Positions 1-7,281 of a stretch of 20,000 bases of DNA are shown here, in pieces. The stretch spans positions 185,440 through 205,439 of the forward strand of contig CAYVYK010000002.1 in NCBI GenBank assembly GCA_964455675.1. Reading direction: 5' to 3'. Made by a program: the position numbers and the translations under genes. Each line of letters starts with the position of its first letter. Within the stretch, counting starts at the first letter, position 1. The notes beneath the pieces were generated by a model. The model saw only the letters and a program-made list of their open reading frames with translations. It was not told the origin of the DNA and did not search any database. Source of the DNA: an uncultured Methanosarcinales archaeon. GTDB lineage: Archaea; Nanobdellota; Nanobdellia; Woesearchaeales; CAYVYK01.

Positions 1-1
1 A

Positions 2-2560
2 GTTGGGTGTGTGGACTGCGAAGGGAACGTCCTGCATAAAGTATACGAGCCAACTAAGCCGGTGAGGAGGGCGCTCATTCTCGTCCATGGATGGGGTGTC
101 TCATCGCGAAGGTTCACGCAACTGATCGATGAGATGAGAGTTACGGATCAGCCTTGGCAGATCTGGACGTTTGATTATCCAAAGGACCAGAATATTGACG
201 TGACAGTTACTGAGTTCATGAACGCTGTCGAATCCGCGAGCGGCGAGTTTGATGATGTGGTTATCGTCGCCCATAGTCTTGGAGGTATTGTTGCTCAGCA
301 GTCGGTCACGAGCGCATATAATGCCGCAAAATCTCAGGAGAGGGTGTATGGATTCCTTCCGAAAGTGAGGAAGATGATCCTCGTTGCGGTGCCAAATGAT
401 GGGCTCATCCGAAGCGACATGTACCAACTGTTAAAGGCAAAATCTTCACAATTGCCTCTTGTGGAGGACTTCTTCGACATTCCGTACATGATTCTTGAGG
501 AGCTGAAGGATGGAAGGGTTACGCCGCGAGTTCCCGGCATCGACTATTATGTTGTTGCGGGCACGAGGGATTACTTCTTCACGAAAAGCCTTGGAGTGAA
601 CGTGAAGAACGATGGGCTTGTTTCCGTCAGGAGTGCGCAGCATATCGGTGATGATTACGTAGAGGATCGCTGTGTGAACTATTATGAACTCGACGTGAGC
701 CACACCGATCTTCTTGATAATGTGGAGTCCGTGCGCATCATTGCCCGTCTTGCGGCAAAAGACTTGCTCGAGACACAGAACAGCGCTCTCCTCGGGTATA
801 ACCAAATCGTGAACATTGACATTCCCGAATGCGATCCATCAGGGTATTACTGGGTTGTGGGCAAGATTGTGGATGCTGACGAAACGGACGATCCATGTAA
901 TTGCGGAAACAAGATCTGTGGTGCTGGAGAAGATGAGATGACATGCCCCGAGGATTGTGCAGCGTTCCATTCAAATGAGGAAGCATGTTTCCTCCTGAAG
1001 GGAATGAAGGTATCCACATGGGCGATGCTTGCAGTTCTCATTCTCATCGTGCTCGCAAGTATTGCGGTCTTCCGTATTGATTCTAAGAATGCGCTTGTCC
1101 TCCTGACGTTCATGGTGTTTGCGGCAGCGACTGCGATGACGGTCATTGAGTTTTTCAACTGCGTATACCCGATAAATATGACGAATCCATTCCTGAAGAT
1201 CCTGCAGGGCCTTGGCCTCATCCTCGAATTTGTCGTCGCTGCGGGAATATTCTTCCTGTATCGTTTCCAAATAATGTTAAAGGAGCGCCACGTTTTCGTC
1301 AAAGCTCTTGGCATTCTGTCATCATCCATCGTGATCGTACTCCTGACATTCCTATTCGCTCCCTGGAATGAATGGCTCGCGGGCTTTGTTATATTCTATG
1401 GCCTTGTTCTGCTTCACGTGTGTATTTTCCATCATGTGAAGGATCTTGCTCCCGATGAGGTGAGCCGAAGGCGTATCCGTGACTTGCATCACATTGGTGA
1501 GCGCGTCCATGAGATTTGGAAGTCCGCCGTAAGGTCCTTTTGTTCGTCGGATATCAAGGCGGTCAAAGACTCGTTTGCCGCAATACTCACGGTGCACAAT
1601 TCTCTCAAAGCCATGGATGATGAGGCGGTGAAGATACTGAGTGCTGTCCATAAACCTCTGGAGAGTATTATCGCTTTTGCCGCGAGGGCCATTGAGATCC
1701 GGATGATGCTGGCTGGCGTGTCAGGTGATAAGAAGAAAGCTATTAAAGAGATCCTTGATGCTTATGAGCGCCTGCTTGATGATCCTCCAAGTGATGCGCT
1801 GACGATTGCGCGGTATGGAAGGATTGACCGCCTTCGCGCGAAAGAAGCCTCCGCAAAAGTGCTCCTTGCTCGTGCCAGGTCCCTCTATGCGTCAGGTGAC
1901 ATGGATGAGTGTGAGAAGCTTTGCGGCAAATTATCCTCCGCCGTCGATGAAATCGTCGAGGAATCATTCCTTGCGATCGAACTGTTCCATGATGCCCTTA
2001 TTGCCCAGTCGATCCGTGCCTGGAGCTATCATGGTATTGGTGCTCTTCCAGAAAGGAAGCGTCGCATGCTTCATGAGCGCGCCATGCACGCTCGTGATCT
2101 TCTTATGCGAGCGAGGAGGGCGTATTTCAAGCACGATTTACTCTCTGCCTTCGACTTGTACAAGCAGCTAGAAGTGATGTATGATTCGCTTCTGTATGAT
2201 GATAAGAAGGATGTGTATGGAGAGATGGTGTTCCTGTATAACGATCTTGATGTGGCAAGACACCAGCTCACGGAGAACTTCGCCCGCAAGAATGAAGCGA
2301 GTTCCCATCACAAGCAGTATTTGATGCACCGATGGCTGCGCCTTGCTTCATGGCGTCAGAAACAGGGCATCGTGAATTCGGAATCAGTGCAGCAGCTCAT
2401 GCGTGTCGGGGATAAGATTGCGGATATCAGGTCTCGCCCGCGTCAGGAGGCCCACGATCTGTACAAGGAAGCCATCGGACTGTATTCCAAACTGCCCGAT
2501 GAATTGAAAGCAATATGTTATCGGGATCTTATGAGATCCTACCATATGTTGTCAAGGTGA
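2..2560 (+). CDS. Membrane-anchored alpha/beta-hydrolase (lipase/esterase, PGAP1-like) with Cys-rich motif, about 5 TM helices and helical C-terminal repeats; 5'-partial
   Basis: Frame is open from base 2 (VGC precedes the GTG at 11), so the true start is probably upstream of the window. Motifs: LILVHGW (oxyanion), AHSLGG nucleophile elbow (269-286), NDGLV and SHTDL as candidate Asp/His, CGNKIC...CPEDC (896-958), several hydrophobic segments at about 1015-1430. Confidence 0.85.
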   Translation, partial: VGCVDCEGNVLHKVYEPTKPVRRALILVHGWGVSSRRFTQLIDEMRVTDQPWQIWTFDYPKDQNIDVTVTEFMNAVESASGEFDDVVIVAHSLGGIVAQQSVTSAYNAAKSQERVYGFLPKVRKMILVAVPNDGLIRSDMYQLLKAKSSQLPLVEDFFDIPYMILEELKDGRVTPRVPGIDYYVVAGTRDYFFTKSLGVNVKNDGLVSVRSAQHIGDDYVEDRCVNYYELDVSHTDLLDNVESVRIIARLAAKDLLETQNSALLGYNQIVNIDIPECDPSGYYWVVGKIVDADETDDPCNCGNKICGAGEDEMTCPEDCAAFHSNEEACFLLKGMKVSTWAMLAVLILIVLASIAVFRIDSKNALVLLTFMVFAAATAMTVIEFFNCVYPINMTNPFLKILQGLGLILEFVVAAGIFFLYRFQIMLKERHVFVKALGILSSSIVIVLLTFLFAPWNEWLAGFVIFYGLVLLHVCIFHHVKDLAPDEVSRRRIRDLHHIGERVHEIWKSAVRSFCSSDIKAVKDSFAAILTVHNSLKAMDDEAVKILSAVHKPLESIIAFAARAIEIRMMLAGVSGDKKKAIKEILDAYERLLDDPPSDALTIARYGRIDRLRAKEASAKVLLARARSLYASGDMDECEKLCGKLSSAVDEIVEESFLAIELFHDALIAQSIRAWSYHGIGALPERKRRMLHERAMHARDLLMRARRAYFKHDLLSAFDLYKQLEVMYDSLLYDDKKDVYGEMVFLYNDLDVARHQLTENFARKNEASSHHKQYLMHRWLRLASWRQKQGIVNSESVQQLMRVGDKIADIRSRPRQEAHDLYKEAIGLYSKLPDELKAICYRDLMRSYHMLSR

Positions 2561-2565
2561 TGATG

Positions 2566-3114
2566 ATGGCACGGAAAAAAGCGAAAAAAAGTGATGATGA
2601 TCTCCTGAATTTGCCAAAGGACGAGGGCGTGGCGATGCGCGCATCGATATGGAGAAGGATCGCGGCAGTGATCATTGATCTGTTTCTTGTCTATGGGCTA
2701 GGTTCTGCAGTGTTATCGCTCCTCCCGATTACAAAGCAGATTCAAAGTGATATTCCAAAGAATGCGACTTTTCTGCAGCTTCAGGACCATTTTCTGAGCA
2801 ATCCTGATCTCGTCCAGTGGTCGACGGCAATGACAATCCTCTTCTCCGCGCTCTTCCTGCTCTATTTTTCCATCGCAGAGTTCAAGTTTGGTCAGACTGT
2901 GGGAAAGAACATTCTGAATATCAGGATCGAAGCGATTGCAGGAAAGCTCTCGCTTGGAAAGTGTATGGTGCGAAGCTTGTGGAGCGTTGTCTTCGTTCCG
3001 GTCTATCTCTTATGGATCATCGACATCATGTATATGTTCTTTAACAAGGACCAGCAGAGGCTCCTTGAGAAATTGAGCAAAACAAGGACCATCCAGAAGG
3101 TGCGTATCACATGA
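2566..3114 (+). CDS. RDD family membrane protein
   Basis: ASIWRRIAAVIIDL (R, D), GQTVGK..L.I.I, R-SL and QRLLEKLSKT (second D replaced by E). Start chosen at ATG 2566 after SD-like AGGTGA at 2555-2560; ATGs at 2560 and 2563 are alternatives. Confidence 0.9.
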   Translation: MARKKAKKSDDDLLNLPKDEGVAMRASIWRRIAAVIIDLFLVYGLGSAVLSLLPITKQIQSDIPKNATFLQLQDHFLSNPDLVQWSTAMTILFSALFLLYFSIAEFKFGQTVGKNILNIRIEAIAGKLSLGKCMVRSLWSVVFVPVYLLWIIDIMYMFFNKDQQRLLEKLSKTRTIQKVRIT

Positions 3115-6100
3115 AAAAGCTCTCCATCGCAGTGCTGCTCGCAGTGCTTGTAGCCAGCGTTGCGATCTATTCAGAGAGCAATGGTACAAACGAGTCGGGG
3201 AACTGGAGTAACAGCTCTTTTGGATTACCAAACATCGAACCTACCGAACTGCCCGATGTTATCATCACTCCGAGGGCTATCCTCACACCAGAACCTGATA
3301 TTCCTCCGACAAGTGTGGAAGTTGAGGAGATTGCCGCGTTATCTGAAGAGGACGAATATGTGCAAGTGACGATCTGGCTTGATGAGTCCGATCGCGCGCT
3401 GAATTCACCAACAGAGATTCAACAGGCGACGGAAAATGTGCTGTCCGCGATGGATGCTCGCGCGCTTGTTGATCTGAAGAACGCGATTCTGACAGAGAAT
3501 GAAGAGGGAATGATGCTTTCCGCTACCTCCCTGCCTGATTTTGTTGTGACAAATTCGTATTCTCACTTGCCAGCGGTCTCCGGCCTCATCCGGGCGTCGA
3601 TGCTTGACGAGATTGGAAACCTTCCTGGCGTTGATAGCGTGATGCCCTCGGAGAGAGTGTATGCGAGCCTCGTTCAAAGTAATCCTATGATAAACGCGAC
3701 GCTCGCGAATATGATAGAGGTCGGAACGACGAACATTACGGGCGCTCAAGTTGCCGTGTGCGTTCTTGACACGGGTGTCCGCTCGGATCACGCGTACCTT
3801 GGCGGGAGGGTGATCGCTGAGAAGTGTTATCTCACGAGCAGCGAATGCCCGAATGATCTGACGGAGGATGATGACGCAACCGATGATCACGGGCACGGTA
3901 CGCATGTGGCTGGGATCATCGCATCGGAATCTACGACCTATAAGGGTGTTGCTCCTGCTGTGAATATTGTTGCAGTGAAGGTCTTGAACTCTGCTGGTAG
4001 TGGAATTGGCTCTGATGTCATATCAGGTATTGATTACTGCATTGCCCAGAAGAATGTGTATAACATCACCGCAATCGTGATGAGTCTTGGTAGTGCTCAC
4101 ATGTTTGCGACGGAAGCCGAATGCGATCCAAATTCTGCCACTGCTCGTGCGGCAAATGATGCGCACGTTGCGGGCATCTTTGTTGTGGCTGCTGCAGGTA
4201 ATTATGGTAACGCAAGCGGAGTTTCCCCTCCTGCGTGCGGTACGAATGTGACAGCAGTTGGGGCAGTGTATGATTTTACGGCCACATCGATCATAACATA
4301 TACCCTGGCATCCTGCACGGATGATGCAGAGACAAAGGGTAATGTGACATGTTTTTCAAATAGCGCTCCAGCCCTTGACCTCCTCGCGCCTGGCGCGAAC
4401 ATCACTAGTTCTTGGTACACGAGTACATCTGCCATCGGGCGTGTTGCGGGAACGTCGCAGGCAGCGCCGCATGTTGCTGCCGCGGGTGCTCTTCTAGCCC
4501 AGTATGGTAGGCTCTACAGTGGTCGCAACCTCACGCCTAGTGAGATCAAGCAGGCGCTGATTGATGGCGGTGTTGACTATACCGATCCGAGAAACAGCAT
4601 TGAGACCCCGATCCTGAATGTCTATCAAGCAATGCAGATGATTAATGATGGCGTCGCTGTCAATGTGACATACCCAATTACGACGGGTAATAGGCTAGTC
4701 ACAAACCATTCCTGGACAATTGTGAATGTAAGCACGTCAGATCGCGCATCAGAGGTTGTCCTGCAGGTATGGTCTAATCCAAATAATGTAAGAAACATGA
4801 CCATGCGGAAACTGAATGACACGAGGTTTACGATTAACATTTCTCGCAATGCGACGAATTATTCAAGGCTCGGCCTTGAGCGTCTCTCCCTGAACATATC
4901 AAAGGGCTGGGACACGAACGATTACGTTGTGGATTATATCAACGCGACAGCGATCAGCACGAACGCTCTTGGCATCGTGAATCACTCCTCAAGCTTCCGG
5001 ATATACCTTGAGAACAGGAACTTCACGAACCTCTCATACCTTCCAGCGGGCAACACATCCACGGATGAAGGGTTGAATGTCACATTCAATGTCACGTTTT
5101 ATGATTATCACGCCATGAATACTACGCTGCTCCTGATTGTCGACGGTGACATTGTATCTCGCTTTGGGCATGATTCATATCAAGGAGGCGTTCATGTACA
5201 GAATGTAACACTAGGCAACTGGAGCGAGATGTGCTCTCTGAATTTCAGCGTCCCAAGGATTAACCGCACGTATGACATGTTCAACGCTACGTGGAATAAC
5301 GCGACGGTGAATGTTGCGGGATATGGTAATTACACGTTCTACCGCAATAGTGAGATCCAGTTTATGGGCTGCCAGGTACGCGTGCAGAACTTCTCGAACG
5401 TGTCAGGTGTGCACAAAGTTGAGTTTTGGTATCGCGAGGGCGCGTTCAGCACCGAGGCTAATTTCAGCGATAATAGCGCAAATTATCATAATGTTTCTGT
5501 AAATTATACCGATGGAGAATATTCATTCCTCATCAATTGGACGGTCCTTGTGAATGAGAGCAATGATATCCCTGATGTGAGTAATGTGAATATCACGAGC
5601 GGCACAAGGGGAAATTATTCAAATGGGTCCATCCGCTGCAATTTTTCATTCATTGACAATGATTATGATAGCACAACGCCAATGAATGAGACACGGTGGT
5701 ATAAGAATAACGTGAGCCAGGCGTGGACGAACGTGAGCACGATTCTTGCGGGAAATCTTTCAAAGTATGATGTCTGGATCTGCTCGGTGCGGGTGCATGA
5801 TGATTATGACTGGAGTAATTTCACGAACGGTTCGATCACGATAAGGAATGCGCCTCCAACAAGGGAACTGATCGACGACTATTTCATGCCGAGGGGTACG
5901 AACCGGACGAATGTGATTAACCTTTCCGAGTACTTCACGGATATTGACAACGCGACGCTGAACTTCAGCGCAAGGACAAACACGTCAATCAACAATTTCA
6001 CGGTGATCTTGCGGGGCGCGAATGTCTCATTCAATACGAGTCACAGGTTTGCGGGCAGCGTCCGAGTGACGTTTAATGCATCTGATGAGTCGTCGTGGGT

Positions 6101-7232
6101 TACCGATGTCATTATTGTTAAAGCGTATTACTGCGGTGATGACGAGTGCGACCCAGCCGAGAGCTCCTCGAATTGCGAGGAGGACTGCGGCTCGAGTGAT
6201 GATGACAGTTCTGGCGGTGATGATGACGATGGGGGAGGCGGCCTTCCTGGTGGAACGACGACGCCTTCGCTTGCTTCAGAGGTTGTCCAGATTGCGTCCA
6301 TTGCCGCTGGTGCAACAGGGAATTTCCGGTTTGTCTCAACGAGCCTCCCAATCACGAATATCCAGGTACGCGTAAAGACTGCTGTGGAGGAACCAAAGAT
6401 AACAGTAAAACAGGTTGATCCAGCATCGCTTGGAACAATGATGCTCTCAACACTTGCGGGAGGAACGTATCAGTATCTCGACATGTCCGCGGTGAAGCTG
6501 ACGTCAACAAACATTGACACGGTCACGATCGATTTCAAGATCCCGCGCTCCTGGTTCCAGGGTTACATCGAGAATTCTCTTGTGATGAAGCGATACGTGA
6601 ACAGTCAGTGGGTTGACCTTCCGACGACGAAGGTTGCGACAGAGTCAACGTGGGCCCACTACCGTGCGACATCCCCGGGATTCTCGATTTTCGCGCTCTA
6701 TGCGCAAAAGCCTGAAATTATGCTGACGGCATCCCCATCGCAAAATCTGACATTGAACGCCACGCAGAATCTCACAAATCAGTCCACCCCAACGCCTACT
6801 CCGACAGAAACGCCGCCAGCGGATGCGACGCAAAGCAGGGGGAGCGGAATTGTGGGAAAGGTCATTGCTCTTATTCTCGTGCTATGTGCAGTAGGTCTTG
6901 GTGTATTTATCTATCTCCATAAGAGGAAAAAGCCTATTGGACAGAAAAAGGAAGAAACCCCTGAGCGTTCTGAGATCATGAGCACAGTCTCGGAATTCGT
7001 GAAGGAAAGAAAGCAGAAGAGGGAGATAGTTAAGGAGGAGAAAAAGCACCAAGAAATAGTCTCCTCAGTTGCGGAGCCTGCTGACACGTCGTTCGAGAAT
7101 CTTCCAGAGGTGCTGAGATTCGTCGCCAAAATGCGCAGCAATGGAGAGTCCGATACAGTAATTCGAAAGAAACTGATTGATGCAGGTTGGCCTGAGAAAC
7201 TGGTGACGAGGGCATTATCAAAGCAGAAGTAA
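3111..7232 (+). CDS. Secreted, C-terminally membrane-anchored S8 subtilisin-like serine protease with Asn-rich stalk and PGF-pre-PGF domain
   Basis: Signal peptide MKKLSIAVLLAVLVASVA, propeptide, catalytic VLDTG, HGTHVAG and GTSQAAP, oxyanion AAGN. Later YRATSPGFSIFA (PGF-pre-PGF type), a Thr/Pro linker, one TM helix and a basic tail. ATGA overlap with the RDD stop. Confidence 0.95.
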   Translation: MKKLSIAVLLAVLVASVAIYSESNGTNESGNWSNSSFGLPNIEPTELPDVIITPRAILTPEPDIPPTSVEVEEIAALSEEDEYVQVTIWLDESDRALNSPTEIQQATENVLSAMDARALVDLKNAILTENEEGMMLSATSLPDFVVTNSYSHLPAVSGLIRASMLDEIGNLPGVDSVMPSERVYASLVQSNPMINATLANMIEVGTTNITGAQVAVCVLDTGVRSDHAYLGGRVIAEKCYLTSSECPNDLTEDDDATDDHGHGTHVAGIIASESTTYKGVAPAVNIVAVKVLNSAGSGIGSDVISGIDYCIAQKNVYNITAIVMSLGSAHMFATEAECDPNSATARAANDAHVAGIFVVAAAGNYGNASGVSPPACGTNVTAVGAVYDFTATSIITYTLASCTDDAETKGNVTCFSNSAPALDLLAPGANITSSWYTSTSAIGRVAGTSQAAPHVAAAGALLAQYGRLYSGRNLTPSEIKQALIDGGVDYTDPRNSIETPILNVYQAMQMINDGVAVNVTYPITTGNRLVTNHSWTIVNVSTSDRASEVVLQVWSNPNNVRNMTMRKLNDTRFTINISRNATNYSRLGLERLSLNISKGWDTNDYVVDYINATAISTNALGIVNHSSSFRIYLENRNFTNLSYLPAGNTSTDEGLNVTFNVTFYDYHAMNTTLLLIVDGDIVSRFGHDSYQGGVHVQNVTLGNWSEMCSLNFSVPRINRTYDMFNATWNNATVNVAGYGNYTFYRNSEIQFMGCQVRVQNFSNVSGVHKVEFWYREGAFSTEANFSDNSANYHNVSVNYTDGEYSFLINWTVLVNESNDIPDVSNVNITSGTRGNYSNGSIRCNFSFIDNDYDSTTPMNETRWYKNNVSQAWTNVSTILAGNLSKYDVWICSVRVHDDYDWSNFTNGSITIRNAPPTRELIDDYFMPRGTNRTNVINLSEYFTDIDNATLNFSARTNTSINNFTVILRGANVSFNTSHRFAGSVRVTFNASDESSWVTDVIIVKAYYCGDDECDPAESSSNCEEDCGSSDDDSSGGDDDDGGGGLPGGTTTPSLASEVVQIASIAAGATGNFRFVSTSLPITNIQVRVKTAVEEPKITVKQVDPASLGTMMLSTLAGGTYQYLDMSAVKLTSTNIDTVTIDFKIPRSWFQGYIENSLVMKRYVNSQWVDLPTTKVATESTWAHYRATSPGFSIFALYAQKPEIMLTASPSQNLTLNATQNLTNQSTPTPTPTETPPADATQSRGSGIVGKVIALILVLCAVGLGVFIYLHKRKKPIGQKKEETPERSEIMSTVSEFVKERKQKREIVKEEKKHQEIVSSVAEPADTSFENLPEVLRFVAKMRSNGESDTVIRKKLIDAGWPEKLVTRALSKQK

Positions 7233-7250
7233 TCGATTTTCCCCGTCAGT

Positions 7251-7258
7251 TTTATATA
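7251..7258 (+). promoter_or_regulatory. TATA box for the PolB-like gene (leaderless)
   Basis: TTTATATA lies 23 nt upstream of ATG 7282. Confidence 0.65.
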
Positions 7259-7281
7259 TTTTTACTACTCACCAGGTATAT

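Noticed and set aside
6189..6260. GAT/GAC/GGC-rich low-complexity tract
   Set aside because: Encodes the Asp/Gly/Ser linker of the protease and is not a DNA-level repeat element.
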